Shown piece by piece: positions 1 through 10,529 of a stretch of 64,000 nucleotides of DNA. Both the position numbers and the translations under genes were made by a program. How positions within the stretch are numbered: position 1 is the first letter of the stretch; every line of letters begins with the position of its first letter. A model generated the notes under the pieces. It was not told the DNA's origin. It was given only the letters and a program-made list of their open reading frames with translations, and made no database searches. Origin of the DNA: Ignavibacteriota bacterium (lineage in GTDB: Bacteria > Bacteroidota > Ignavibacteria > Tepidaquicellales > OLB5); the NCBI GenBank assembly GCA_003820375.1, contig RPQH01000010.1, positions 1,814 through 65,813 on the forward strand, read 5' to 3'.

Positions 1-417
1 ATTAAGCTTGCTGAAAAAATAAATTCTGAAGCTTTAAAAATTGGAAGAATCATTGATTGCATGATACAGGTAAATACTTCTAATGAAGAGCAAAAATCAG
101 GTTGTGAACCTTCAGAAACTATTAGCATTGTAAAGGAAATATCAGGATTCGCTAATGTAAGAATAAAAGGATTAATGACAATTGGGAAAATTATGATGGA
201 TGAAAATGATGAAGATGAGTTAAAAGAAGTCCGCAGAAATTTTACTTTATTGAGAGATATATTTCATGAAGTTGATTCATTGAAAATTGACAATATAGAA
301 ATGAAATATTTATCAATGGGAATGACAGCAGATTTTGATATAGCAATTGAAGAAGGTGCAAATATGTTAAGGATTGGTTCAGCAGTTTTCGGTCACAGAA
401 ATTACCAAAAAGTTTAA
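1..417 (+). CDS. yggS: PLP homeostasis protein YggS/PROSC family (5'-partial)
   Basis: Frame open from base 1; motifs IQVN, GLMTIG, LSMGMTADFDIAIEEGANMLRIGSAVFG. Confidence 0.95.
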   Translation: MKLAEKINSEALKIGRIIDCMIQVNTSNEEQKSGCEPSETISIVKEISGFANVRIKGLMTIGKIMMDENDEDELKEVRRNFTLLRDIFHEVDSLKIDNIEMKYLSMGMTADFDIAIEEGANMLRIGSAVFGHRNYQKV

Positions 418-463
418 AAAAATAAACCCGCCTTATTAGTAGGGGAGGGTTGGGAGAATAAAA

Positions 464-1051
464 ATGAGACTATCAGCCATAGACATAAAAAAACAGGAGT
501 TCAGGAAAACTTTTAAGGGATATGATGTAAACGAAGTTGAAGCTTATCTGGATACCGTAGCTAATGAAGTTGAAAAGCTGTTTAAAGAGATAGAAATGCA
601 CACGGATAAAATAGCACAGCTTGAAAGTGAAAGAGATAAGCTGTCTCATGAAATAGATATTTACCGGGAAAATGAAAAATCATTCCAGAAAGCAATTGTG
701 AAATCCCAGGATATGTCTGAGGATATAATGGAAAATGCAACGAAGCGTGCTGAGCTAATAGTTAAAGAGAGCGAAATAATAGCACAAAAAGTGAAAATGC
801 AGGCAAAAGAAGAGATAATGAATTTAAAGCAGGAACTTGAAGAGCTGAGAATGAAAAATGAAAGGATAATAGATGATATTAAAAATTATCTTGAAGAAAA
901 ATTGAATTCAGTTGAAGAGTATTCAAAGAACAGAAAGATATTTAAATTAGAATCAAGTATATCAGCACTGGATGATGTTCATGAAGAAAAGCATAATATA
1001 ATAAGCACACCCTCCTTTGAGATAGACCTGAATATAGATGAATCAAAATGA
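464..1051 (+). CDS. divIVA: DivIVA domain protein
   Basis: N-terminal LSAIDIKKQEFRKTFKGYDVNEVEAYLD followed by coiled coil; follows yggS. Confidence 0.9.
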   Translation: MRLSAIDIKKQEFRKTFKGYDVNEVEAYLDTVANEVEKLFKEIEMHTDKIAQLESERDKLSHEIDIYRENEKSFQKAIVKSQDMSEDIMENATKRAELIVKESEIIAQKVKMQAKEEIMNLKQELEELRMKNERIIDDIKNYLEEKLNSVEEYSKNRKIFKLESSISALDDVHEEKHNIISTPSFEIDLNIDESK

Positions 1052-1056
1052 TAAGA

Positions 1057-1260
1057 TTTCGAATTGCGGATTGCCAATTTCGAAATGAATGAATTATGTG
1101 ATTAGAAGTTAGATGTTAGAAGTTAGATGTTAGAAGTTAGAAGTTAGAAGTTAGAAGTTAGATGTTAGAAGTTAGAAGTTAGAATTCTCCAATTTCAAAT
1201 TTGTAAATCAATTCGCAATTGGCAATTCCTGCCAGAGCAGGCAGGCGAAATTCGAAATTA
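1057..1260. repeat. Inverted TTTCGAATTG-type arms enclosing a (GTTAGA[A/T])n heptamer array
   Basis: About 11 heptamer units at ~1102-1184; left arm atttcgaattgcggattgccaatttcgaa, right arm ttcgcaattggcaatt...cgaaattcgaaat. Confidence 0.9.
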
Positions 1261-1298
1261 AAAGGGTTGTTAACCTTCAACAAAGTTTTTTTATAAAT

Positions 1299-2108
1299 AT
1301 GAATTATCAGCAATTTAAGCCGGAAGAAACTCTGGCTTTTATTAATTCAAGGGTTGGGCAGTTCAATCCGCAAATAGGAATTATACTTGGTACCGGCTTG
1401 GGCGGGCTTGTTCGTGAGGTCGGAATCAACCATATGCTTGATTACAAAGATATCCCGCATTTTCCCATATCAACAGTCGAGTCTCATCATGGTAACCTTA
1501 TATTCGGTACTATATCCGGATGCAAAGCAGTAATTATGCAGGGCAGGTTCCATTATTATGAAGGTTATTCAATGTATGATGTTACTTACCCGATACGGAT
1601 TATGCATATGCTTGGAATCCAATCTTTGCTTGTGTCAAACGCATGCGGTGCTGTAAATCCTCTTTTCAAAAGAGGTGACCTGATGATAATGAGTGACCAT
1701 ATTAATTTTTTATTTGATACTCCTTTTAAAAATCAATCTGTTTCATACAGGAACAGAAAGCTTTACAGTGATAAATTGATTAGTATAGCAGAGAAGACTG
1801 CATTGGAAAATGAAATAACTATTAAAAAAGGAGTGTATTGTTCATTACGCGGACCATGTCTTGAAACAAGAGCTGAATACAGAATGCTCAGAAAACTCGG
1901 CGCAGATGTTGTTGGGATGTCAACAATACCGGAAGCATTACTCTCGAACAATTTTAAATTAAATGTTCTCGGATTTTCAATTATCACAGATGTGGGTTTT
2001 CCCGATTCATTAAAACCGGCAGTGCTTGAAGAAATACTAGAAGCAGCCGCTGAAACAGAGCCGCAGCTGACTTCATTGATGAAAAAAATTCTTGAAAAAT
2101 TAAAATAG
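1299..2108 (+). CDS. punA: Purine-nucleoside phosphorylase (trimeric PNP family)
   Basis: IILGTGLG, QGRFHYYEGY, SNACGAVN, GPCLETRAE, GADVVGMSTIPE. Confidence 0.9.
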   Translation: MNYQQFKPEETLAFINSRVGQFNPQIGIILGTGLGGLVREVGINHMLDYKDIPHFPISTVESHHGNLIFGTISGCKAVIMQGRFHYYEGYSMYDVTYPIRIMHMLGIQSLLVSNACGAVNPLFKRGDLMIMSDHINFLFDTPFKNQSVSYRNRKLYSDKLISIAEKTALENEITIKKGVYCSLRGPCLETRAEYRMLRKLGADVVGMSTIPEALLSNNFKLNVLGFSIITDVGFPDSLKPAVLEEILEAAAETEPQLTSLMKKILEKLK

Positions 2109-2132
2109 ATTATATTAAATTTTCAAAAAATA

Positions 2133-2963
2133 ATGACAGAACAAAAAACCAGAATACTTGAATCAGTTAATTATATAAAACAAAACAGTCCATTTAAGAA
2201 AAGTCCGCCGCTTGCTGTAATCTCCTATTTTAATCCTTTGTTTCTGAAGTATATACAGGTTCAAAAGAGAATAGATTACAGTGCAATTCCTCCGGCATTC
2301 GGCAAAGAAAATACCGGTGGAGGTGAGTTTATATTCGCTTATGAAAAGACACAAAAGAGGGAATTTTACGTGCTTAATGGAAGGTTTAATTATTATGAAG
2401 GGTATAGTATGAGGGATGTAGTACATCCCGTTTATGTTCTTAAAGAGCTCGGTGTAAAAACAATTGTTTTTATCGACGAAGTTGGGCATTTGAATCCGCG
2501 TTTTAAAGTTGGCGGTGTCTCTTTTTTGTATGATCATATTAACTTAATGGGTGATAACCCGTTGATTGGTGAGAACGATTATACTCTTGGCCCGCGTTTC
2601 CCCGATATGAGCAATCCGTATGATGATAATCTTTACAGGAAGCTGGAGAGTTTATTTATTGATAATCAATTCAGGATATATCCTTCAGTGTACCTGGGAG
2701 TAACAGGACCTGAAACAGAAACAGAAGCAGAGTGCAGGTTCTACAGGGAAATTGGAGCAGATGTACTGGGATACTCACTTGTACCGGAAAATTTAGCTGC
2801 AATTCATTCAGGAATAAAGTGTGCAGCATTTGGAATGATATCAAGAGAGCTTGTTGCCGACAGGTTAAAAGAAATTGGCGATGAAGAGCAAAGAAATAAC
2901 AGGCTCAAAGCAGAAAAGAATTTTAATTCAATTTTACCTGAAATAATAGGATTAATTAAGTGA
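2133..2963 (+). CDS. PNP-like paralog with degenerate active-site motifs
   Basis: GRFNYYEGY, DHINLMGDNPLIG, GPRFPDMS retained; GxG, H and GMS motifs altered. Confidence 0.85.
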   Translation: MTEQKTRILESVNYIKQNSPFKKSPPLAVISYFNPLFLKYIQVQKRIDYSAIPPAFGKENTGGGEFIFAYEKTQKREFYVLNGRFNYYEGYSMRDVVHPVYVLKELGVKTIVFIDEVGHLNPRFKVGGVSFLYDHINLMGDNPLIGENDYTLGPRFPDMSNPYDDNLYRKLESLFIDNQFRIYPSVYLGVTGPETETEAECRFYREIGADVLGYSLVPENLAAIHSGIKCAAFGMISRELVADRLKEIGDEEQRNNRLKAEKNFNSILPEIIGLIK

Positions 2964-2969
2964 TAGAGC

Positions 2970-3194
2970 ATGCAGTCCTGGGGAAAATATTTAATCATAT
3001 TCGGAGCAATAATACTTGCTGCCGGGTTATTAATACAGTTCTTTCCGAAACTGAATTTCTTCGGAAGAATGCCCGGTGATATAGTTTATAAAAAGGACGG
3101 TTTTTCGTTTTATTTTCCAATTGTCACATCAATTATATTAAGCTTACTTCTGACATTTATTTTTTGGCTTATAAACTTTTTTTCAAGGAGATAA
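2970..3194 (+). CDS. DUF2905-family small membrane protein
   Basis: GRMPGDI...FYFPIVTSIILS between two hydrophobic helices. Confidence 0.85.
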   Translation: MQSWGKYLIIFGAIILAAGLLIQFFPKLNFFGRMPGDIVYKKDGFSFYFPIVTSIILSLLLTFIFWLINFFSRR

Positions 3195-4103
3195 ATGAGC
3201 ATTCTTGCTGAAATTTTAACTAAACAGGATATTATTGTTCTTGATTCAGCTATGGGTACAGAATTAAAAGACCGCAAAGCTGATATTTCCATGCCGCTGT
3301 GGAGTGCCAGGCCTTTAATTGATAATCCTGACTTAATAAGACAAATTCATATCGATAATATAGATGCAGGCGCTGACATTATAACCACAAATACATTCCG
3401 TACACAAAAAAGAACATTTGAAAAAGCATGTTATACTGTGGAAGGCTCTTCATATGAAGATACTGCAAGAGATATGACCTATATGGCAGTTGAGCTTGCT
3501 AAAGATGCTGTTCTGATTGCTGTTGAAGAGGGTGAAGATGATGTAATAGTTGCGGGTTGTATTTCACCGCTGGAGGATTGTTATAAACCGGAGCTTGTTC
3601 CCGAAACCGATGTGCTTTGCACAGAACATTATGAGCATATAAATAACCTAGTTGAAGGCGGAGCGGATATCCTTCTTGCAGAAACAATGATAAGCATAAA
3701 AGAAATTTCTGCAGTGCTGAACCAGCTTCATAAAGCAGGAAAAGAATATATGATAAGCTTGCTATGCAAAAACGGAGATGAATTATTTTCAGGTGAGCCG
3801 TTAAAAGATGCCATGAAGATAATTGAAAAGTTTAATCCGTTTGCAGTATTAACAAACTGCATTCATCCTTCACAAGCGGAGCAAATTTTAGGTTCATTAA
3901 AGAAATTAACAGATAAGCCGTTTGGTGTATATGCTAATATAGGCAATCCGTCAAAATTGAAAAGCGGAGAGCTGGAGAAAGTAGTTTCACCGGATGAATA
4001 TTTAAAGTATGCAAAGAAGTGGAAACAAATGGGAGCAAAAATTATTGGCGGATGCTGCGGAACCAATCCGCTGTATATTGTTAAATTAAGTACATTGAAA
4101 TAA
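3195..4103 (+). CDS. Homocysteine S-methyltransferase family protein
   Basis: LDSAMGTEL, AGADIITTNTF, AET, NC and GGCCG zinc motifs. Confidence 0.9.
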   Translation: MSILAEILTKQDIIVLDSAMGTELKDRKADISMPLWSARPLIDNPDLIRQIHIDNIDAGADIITTNTFRTQKRTFEKACYTVEGSSYEDTARDMTYMAVELAKDAVLIAVEEGEDDVIVAGCISPLEDCYKPELVPETDVLCTEHYEHINNLVEGGADILLAETMISIKEISAVLNQLHKAGKEYMISLLCKNGDELFSGEPLKDAMKIIEKFNPFAVLTNCIHPSQAEQILGSLKKLTDKPFGVYANIGNPSKLKSGELEKVVSPDEYLKYAKKWKQMGAKIIGGCCGTNPLYIVKLSTLK

Positions 4104-4106
4104 TCT

Positions 4107-4324
4107 CGAATTTCGAATTGTTAATTTCGAATTGAATGAATTATCTGATTCATCAGATTTATCAGATTTATCAGATTTATCAGATTTATCAGATTCATCA
4201 GATTTATCAGATTTATCAGATTCATCAGATTTGAAAAATTAATAAATTATCTTCAGAATTATAATTTTATAAATCGAAAAAAACAATTCGCAATTGGCAA
4301 TTCGAAATTAGATAATTCGAAATT
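4107..4324. repeat. Inverted TTTCGAATTG-type arms enclosing an (ATCAGATT[T/C])n nonamer array
   Basis: Nine 9-mer units ~4152-4232; arms tttcgaattgttaatttcgaattg / caattcgcaattggcaattcgaaa. Confidence 0.9.
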
Positions 4325-4412
4325 GTAAAACGTATGTAAGTTTTAAATATTGGAATTTAATCGTAATACGGAATAAATTATTATTAATAAATAAGAAAGG
4401 GTAATTAATAAA

Positions 4413-5480
4413 ATGTCAGATAACGAGCAGAAATTACGTTCGCTCCAGGTGGCAATTGAACAGATTGAAAAAAGTCATGGAAAGGGGTCAATTATGAAAT
4501 TAGGAGATGGTGTTGTGACAAAGCTTGATTTTATACCTACAGGTTCCATTTCATTGGATGCTGCTCTTGGTGTTGGCGGAATACCCAGGGGAAGAATTAT
4601 TGAAATATACGGACCTGAGTCTTCAGGTAAGACAACTGTGTGTCTGCATGTTATTGCAGAAGCACAGAAAAGAGGCGGCCTTGCTGCTTTTATAGATACA
4701 GAGCATGCTCTTGATACCGGTTATGCCCAGAAGCTGGGTGTTGATATTGAGAATCTTCTTGTATCACAGCCGGAGTATGGTGAGCAAGCTCTTGAAATAG
4801 CTGAAACCCTTGTCAGAAGCAATGCACTGGATGTTATTGTTGTTGACTCGGTTGCCGCATTAACACCCCGCGCAGAAATTGAAGGCGAGATGGGTGACTC
4901 GCATATGGGATTGCAGGCAAGGTTAATGTCTCAGGCATTGAGAAAATTAACCGCTGCTGTTTCTAAATCTAACCTTGCATTTATTTTCACTAACCAGCTT
5001 AGAGAAAAGATTGGTGTGATGTTTGGAAGTCCTGAAACAACCACAGGCGGTAAAGCTCTTAAATTTTATGCTTCGGTAAGATTGGATATAAGAAGAGTTG
5101 CGGCTATTAAAGACGGTACAAACATTGTCGGCAACAGGACAAAAGTGAAAGTGGTAAAAAATAAAGTTGCTCCCCCGTTTAAAGAAGTTGAATTTGATAT
5201 CCTTTATAACGAAGGTATTTCAAAGTTAGGCGACCTTATTGATACAGCTGTTAACTTAAATATCATTCAGAAAGCAGGAGCATGGTTTGCATACGGCGGG
5301 CAAAGAATGCAGGGAAGAGAAGGAGTAAAAACCTTAATCCAGGAGAACCCGAGTCTTATGGAGCAGCTGCTTGGTGAAGTAAGACAGCATTTGGGAATAG
5401 AGCCTGTGCCTGAGCCGGAAGCTATTGAAAGCGGAAACGGTAAATCTAAAGAGAAACCGGAAAAGAAAGCTAAAGCATAA
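4413..5480 (+). CDS. recA: Recombinase RecA
   Basis: GPESSGKTT Walker [26 protein letters not shown]. Confidence 0.99.
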   Translation: MSDNEQKLRSLQVAIEQIEKSHGKGSIMKLGDGVVTKLDFIPTGSISLDAALGVGGIPRGRIIEIYGPESSGKTTVCLHVIAEAQKRGGLAAFIDTEHALDTGYAQKLGVDIENLLVSQPEYGEQALEIAETLVRSNALDVIVVDSVAALTPRAEIEGEMGDSHMGLQARLMSQALRKLTAAVSKSNLAFIFTNQLREKIGVMFGSPETTTGGKALKFYASVRLDIRRVAAIKDGTNIVGNRTKVKVVKNKVAPPFKEVEFDILYNEGISKLGDLIDTAVNLNIIQKAGAWFAYGGQRMQGREGVKTLIQENPSLMEQLLGEVRQHLGIEPVPEPEAIESGNGKSKEKPEKKAKA

Positions 5481-5622
5481 ATTGCTTACTTTAAATTCAA
5501 CTCTTTCCCAAATTTCCATTTGGGAAAGCCATTATGAGGATTTTATTCTCCTATCAAAACCTTACCAAATGGAAATTTGGTAAGGAGTGTAAACCGGAAA
5601 AGAAAGCTAAAGCATAAATTGC
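5454..5622. repeat. 32-bp direct repeat of the recA 3' end flanking a REP-like doublet
   Basis: aaaccggaaaagaaagctaaagcataaattgc at 5454-5485 and 5591-5622; palindromes ctttcccaaatttccatttgggaaag and ccttaccaaatggaaatttggtaagg between them. Confidence 0.92.
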
Positions 5623-5642
5623 AAATATTGCATTAATGAATT

Positions 5643-6272
5643 GTGACTATAACTAAGATTGAAAATCAAAAGAAGAACAAAGAACGCTTTAATGTATTTA
5701 TAGACGGGCAATTTGCCTGCGGCATCAGCGGTGATACGCTGATTAAGTTCGGATTAAGTGCCAATGATAAGATAACAGATGAAACGCTTAATGAAATAAA
5801 GAACTTTGACGAATATCTTTATTCAAAAAAAATTTCTTTTGATTTTCTTTCTTACAGGATAAGAAGTGAGAAGGAAATAAGGGATAAACTAAAGTTAAAA
5901 GAGATATCCCCGGGAACGATTGAAAGAACAGTTGAGCATTTGAAAGAGCTTAAGCTTCTGGATGATGAAGAGTTTGCAAAACAGCTTGTCAGGGAAAAGC
6001 TATCAAGCAAGCCTGTGGGTAAAGCTGTTCTGAAACAAAAACTGTATCAGAAAGGAATACCCGCTGATATTACTGAAAGAATACTTGAGGAATCGTTTAA
6101 TGATACCAATGAAAAAGAATTTGTAAAAGAAATATTTAATAAGTATTTTAACAGGGTAAAAGGGCTGGATATAATGAAACAAAGAAAAAAGATGTTTGAT
6201 TATCTTGCACGCAAAGGATTTGACTTTGAACTTATTAAAGAAGTAATTAACGAAAATATTCAATCTCAGTAA
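5643..6272 (+). CDS. recX: Regulatory protein RecX
   Basis: LSYRIRSEKEIRDKL, LDDEEFA, LARKGFD; downstream of recA; GTG start. Confidence 0.93.
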   Translation: MTITKIENQKKNKERFNVFIDGQFACGISGDTLIKFGLSANDKITDETLNEIKNFDEYLYSKKISFDFLSYRIRSEKEIRDKLKLKEISPGTIERTVEHLKELKLLDDEEFAKQLVREKLSSKPVGKAVLKQKLYQKGIPADITERILEESFNDTNEKEFVKEIFNKYFNRVKGLDIMKQRKKMFDYLARKGFDFELIKEVINENIQSQ

Positions 6273-7333
6273 TGCAAGCTCCTTCATATACTAAAGCTAA
6301 CAAACCTTTAAGCGGAATAGCAAAAGTTTTCATTTTGCTCATTCCGCTTTTGATTATAACTGTATTTGCTACTTTTTTTACAGGTATTTTTATTACACTT
6401 TTGATTTGCCTGCTTATTGCTTTAATTCTAAATCCTGCAGTTGACTACCTGGAATCACTTGGCATAAACCGGACTCTTTCCATCTTAATAATATTTTTAT
6501 TAATTGGAATTTTTGTTTATTCAATTCTTTCAATATTCTTACCCAGTATTTCAGGACAGATAGATTCACTAAAGATAGCGTATAAAGAACTGGAAGTATC
6601 GGATAAAGTAAGAGACTGGGAACGCTGGCTTGAAAAAAATGTACCTTACCTGAAACGAGGTGATGTTGCTAAAGAAATAGAAAACTCATTTAAAGGTTCT
6701 TATACTAAGCTTCAGGACCTGCTTTCAAGTATTGTTTCGTTAGTTCTTTTGATTATCATTATACCGTTTATAACATTTTTTATTTTAAAAGACAGAAAAG
6801 CAATTAAGAACGGTTTTATCAGTCTTGTGCCAAACCGGTATTTTGAAATGACTGTGAATATTGTTGATAAGATTGAAAAGCAATTAAGTATTTACGTAAG
6901 AGGATGGATATTCGATGCATTTTTTGTAGGCACTCTCAGTATAACAGGTTTATCAATATTGGGGATAAATAATGCTTTTCTGATTGGAAGTGTTGCCGGA
7001 TTAGGACATCTTATTCCGTATGCCGGACCGGTCATTGGTGCTGTTCCTGCAATTTTAATTTCTGTTATTCAGTTTGGTGATGCTTCTATGGTGATACCAA
7101 TAATTATTATGTTTACAATAATATATTTGCTCGACAGCTCTGCAGCTCAGCCATTTATTTTTTCAAAAAGTGCTGACATGAATCCTATTACTGTAATTGC
7201 TGTTTTATTGGTTGGAAATGAATTGCTCGGAGCTTTCGGAGCATTGATAGCAATACCTGTTGCCACAATATTAAAAGTAAGCGCCCGTGAAACAATTAAC
7301 GGTTTCAGAAACTTCAAACTAGGTTATTACTAA
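6272..7333 (+). CDS. AI-2E family (PerM/UPF0118) transporter
   Basis: [29 protein letters not shown]; multiple TM helices. Confidence 0.9.
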   Translation: MQAPSYTKANKPLSGIAKVFILLIPLLIITVFATFFTGIFITLLICLLIALILNPAVDYLESLGINRTLSILIIFLLIGIFVYSILSIFLPSISGQIDSLKIAYKELEVSDKVRDWERWLEKNVPYLKRGDVAKEIENSFKGSYTKLQDLLSSIVSLVLLIIIIPFITFFILKDRKAIKNGFISLVPNRYFEMTVNIVDKIEKQLSIYVRGWIFDAFFVGTLSITGLSILGINNAFLIGSVAGLGHLIPYAGPVIGAVPAILISVIQFGDASMVIPIIIMFTIIYLLDSSAAQPFIFSKSADMNPITVIAVLLVGNELLGAFGALIAIPVATILKVSARETINGFRNFKLGYY

Positions 7334-7346
7334 ACAAATAAAAGCC

Positions 7347-7808
7347 ATGAGAAAAACATTTAAAGAATTCAGGGAATTTGCCGTAAAAGGTAATATGATA
7401 GACCTTGCAATCGGTATAATTATCGGTGCAGCCTTTTCGGGAATTGTAAACTCCCTTGTTAACGATATAATCATGCCGCCTATCGGTTTAATATTAGGCA
7501 AGGTTGATTTCACAAATCTTTTCTTTACACTTTCAGGACCTCATTTCAATACACTTGCTGAAGCAAAAGCAGGCGGAGCTGTAACATTAAATTACGGTAT
7601 TTTTATAAATACTATTATAAGTTTTCTTATCGTAGCGTTTGCAGTCTTTATGCTTGTTAAACAAATCAACAGGATAAGGCGTGCACTTGAACATCAGGAA
7701 GAAAAAGCACCAACCACAAAGCCGTGTCCTTATTGCAAATCATTAATAAATATTGAAGCCGTAAGATGTCCTCAATGCACATCTGAAGTAGTTCCGGCGA
7801 AAGCATAG
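7347..7808 (+). CDS. mscL: Large-conductance mechanosensitive channel with C-terminal CxxC...CxxC tail
   Basis: [36 protein letters not shown]; tail CPYC...RCPQC. Confidence 0.95.
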   Translation: MRKTFKEFREFAVKGNMIDLAIGIIIGAAFSGIVNSLVNDIIMPPIGLILGKVDFTNLFFTLSGPHFNTLAEAKAGGAVTLNYGIFINTIISFLIVAFAVFMLVKQINRIRRALEHQEEKAPTTKPCPYCKSLINIEAVRCPQCTSEVVPAKA

Positions 7809-7839
7809 TTTATAAAGTTAATAATTTTAATAAGGTTTG

Positions 7840-7919
7840 TAAGGTTTTCACACTTTATGAACCTTATAAACTTTATAAACTTTATAAACTTTATAAACTT
7901 TATAAACTTTATAAACTTT
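7840..7919. repeat. (TTATAAAC[T/C])n nonamer array with a short inverted copy upstream
   Basis: About 7 units at 7855-7919 preceded by taaggtttgtaaggtt. Confidence 0.85.
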
Positions 7920-7987
7920 GATTTAGATATTTTGATATTTGTTTGCTATATTTGTTGATAATGTTTTTTGAGAATTATTAAATAAAT

Positions 7988-8593
7988 ATGATTATTAAAT
8001 TAAGTAAAAGTTATCCCTGCATTCACGGCTTGCCTGTTATACATTCTGTAGATACAGACCTGTTTGATATTACTTATTATATGAACTGCATGGGATGTAC
8101 ATTCTGCAATGACCAGTGCTGTTCATACGGTGCTGATATAGATATGCTAAATGTGAACAGGCTCATGGCACATAAAGACGAACTTGAAAAATTCACCGGC
8201 ATTAGATCAAGCAATTGGTTTTATAAAAATAAACGCATGTGGGATTACGAATATCCCGGTCATGAGTACACCCGTACCACAAAGAAAGGTAAAGGATGTA
8301 TTTTTCTAAACCGCAAAAGCAGGGGATGCATGATTCACAGCTTTGCACTTGAAAAAGGTATAGATTATCATGAGCTAAAACCATTCTTCTGCACAATATT
8401 TCCGGCAACGTATAACGATGGAGCACTTGTTACTCCTGAAGAAATAGACGAGAAATCACTGGCATGTTTAGGTGACGGACCGACTTTATACCGCGGTGCA
8501 AGAGATGAAATAAAATATTATTTCGGAGAAGAAATTGTTAAGGAGATTGATGAAATAGAGAAAGAACATTACCTGCAAAAAAAATCAGCGTAA
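7988..8593 (+). CDS. Cys-rich putative Zn/Fe-chelating protein (YkgJ/DUF3109-like)
   Basis: CMGC..CNDQCC, CIFL, CMIH, KPFFCTIFP. Confidence 0.7.
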   Translation: MIIKLSKSYPCIHGLPVIHSVDTDLFDITYYMNCMGCTFCNDQCCSYGADIDMLNVNRLMAHKDELEKFTGIRSSNWFYKNKRMWDYEYPGHEYTRTTKKGKGCIFLNRKSRGCMIHSFALEKGIDYHELKPFFCTIFPATYNDGALVTPEEIDEKSLACLGDGPTLYRGARDEIKYYFGEEIVKEIDEIEKEHYLQKKSA

Positions 8594-8710
8594 GAGTGCG
8601 TAGAGTGCGTAGAGTGTGGTGAGTGTGTTGAGTGTGGTGAGTGTGGTGAGTGTGGTGTGTGTGGTGAGTGTGGTGAGTGTGGTGAGTGTATAGAGTGTGC
8701 TGAGTGTTTA
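8594..8710 (+). repeat. (GAGTGTGGT)n nonamer tandem array
   Basis: About 13 degenerate units starting right after the stop codon. Confidence 0.92.
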
Positions 8711-8720
8711 AAGTAATATA

Positions 8721-8786
8721 ACAGGCCGCTGGACGAGTATAAAATGGAAGAACATTATCAATACTCATCCCGCGGCCTGTTTTTTT
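8721..8786 (+). terminator. Long hairpin followed by a T-run
   Basis: acaggccgctggacgagtat ... atactcatcccgcggcctgt then tttttt. Confidence 0.6.
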
Positions 8787-9229
8787 AGAGTGTTTACAAA
8801 TGTTTTAACTTATCCAATTTATTAATAACTGATGCCGGATTAGTGGTTTTATCATAAATCTTAATTTACTGCTTACCGGATTTTCCCTAGATATATTTCC
8901 CGCTATTTTAAAGAGTTTGTATCCGCAATTTTTCTTCATCATTCCAAAAGCAGATATTAATATTATCTGACTTCAAATCTCCGTAATTACAAGTAAAAGT
9001 GTAATAAATATTATGAATAACAGGTAAACAGCTAATATTTTTTTGTTATCAGATTTCCGGATTTTCATAATTATTCTTATTTAACTGTGTTTCAAATTTG
9101 ACATAAATATACGTGAAAAGTTTAATAAAATAATATTTAAACATTAATAAATTTCTGATTTAAACTATTTTCAGAATTATATTGTTAATCAATTAGCTAT
9201 TAATATTTGAAATATCAATTAATAAAGCC

Positions 9230-10477
9230 GTGAGCAAAAGAAATCAAAGAAGGGCAGAGTTTTACGGAGCAGCAGAGGCAAAAGGATATTACGGACTTGA
9301 TAAAACAGGAATATTTGGTAAAAAAGATAATGTCAGGAAATTCTGGGAAGACATTTCTATAAAGCTTCTCATTCGTCCATATATTGAGAATCTAATGTCT
9401 GTAAATCAAAAGATACGTATACTTGATATGGGTTCAGGAAGCGGTGAGGGCTTTGACCTGTTAACACACATCCCTTCCAACAGCAAGTCAATATATAATG
9501 AATATGTTCTTCTCCCGCCGCAAATAGATGAATATGTCGGAATAGATATTAATTTGGATGCTATAGAACAGGGAAAGAATAACTTTAAAGATTTTAAAGG
9601 AGTGTCATTCGAATATGGTGACCTGGAAGAGGGAATAGATAAAAGGTTACTTCAGAAAAATGCATTTGATGTTTACATTTCAACGTACGGGTCGTTATCA
9701 TTTTTAAACCCGGATGATTTTAAACAGCTTGCATGCCAGGTATTTTCACATGCAAAGAACGGTTCACTGTTCATATTTGATGTTCATGGAAAATACTGTC
9801 CTGCATGGCCTGTATATTGGAATGAAAAGCTTTCAATGCAGCCGTACACAATGAGTTATTTAAATCCTTCCAGGGAAGCACCCCAATCAGATACTGAATA
9901 TTTTAATATATGTTACTGGACGGTAAAAGATCTGAAGTTTTATTTGGAAAGAGCGGCTGAACTGGCTAATGTAAAAATTAATATTTTATCTTTCACCGAT
10001 AGAAGCATATTTGTCGGCAGGCATATTGATACGGGAATGTTCAGTACAAAGGCACTCCCGATTAGATTTCTTATAAACAGAATGCTAGACCATGATTATA
10101 CAGGCGGTGTTGAGAGTTTGAAATTAGACCTTTCTCATCTTGATCAGTACAGAGATATAAATCCTGAAGCATGGGAAAGAATAACAGATTACCAGAGGCA
10201 ATGGAACCGGGTTTTAATTCTGCTGGAAGCACTCAGGCACCAGGATGATACGAGGGTAAAAAATTTCCTCGAAAATACTGATATAGAACTAATGAGCGAA
10301 GAGCTTAAATTTATTACCTGGCTTTACAGAAATTCCGACCGTTTCCCGGTTGTTGATTTCTGGTCTAATGTTATTGGGCCTCAGATTGCAGTTATATTGA
10401 GAAATATTGAGATGTCATATATTGAGGGTGTTGGATGCGGACATGGTTTGGTTGGTATGATTGAGATTATAAAGTAG
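9230..10477 (+). CDS. Class I SAM-dependent methyltransferase, substrate unknown
   Basis: ILDMGSGSGEG motif I, YVGIDIN; GTG start. Confidence 0.8.
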   Translation: MSKRNQRRAEFYGAAEAKGYYGLDKTGIFGKKDNVRKFWEDISIKLLIRPYIENLMSVNQKIRILDMGSGSGEGFDLLTHIPSNSKSIYNEYVLLPPQIDEYVGIDINLDAIEQGKNNFKDFKGVSFEYGDLEEGIDKRLLQKNAFDVYISTYGSLSFLNPDDFKQLACQVFSHAKNGSLFIFDVHGKYCPAWPVYWNEKLSMQPYTMSYLNPSREAPQSDTEYFNICYWTVKDLKFYLERAAELANVKINILSFTDRSIFVGRHIDTGMFSTKALPIRFLINRMLDHDYTGGVESLKLDLSHLDQYRDINPEAWERITDYQRQWNRVLILLEALRHQDDTRVKNFLENTDIELMSEELKFITWLYRNSDRFPVVDFWSNVIGPQIAVILRNIEMSYIEGVGCGHGLVGMIEIIK

Positions 10478-10529
10478 AATTTTAGAAAATTTAATTGCAA
10501 TTTCAATTAAATCCGAAAGCTAATCATCA

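Noticed and set aside
8538-8768. His-rich ORF (HTHHTHH...) resembling a metal-binding or leader peptide
   Set aside because: It is the antisense translation of the GAGTGTGGT array and overlaps the upstream gene
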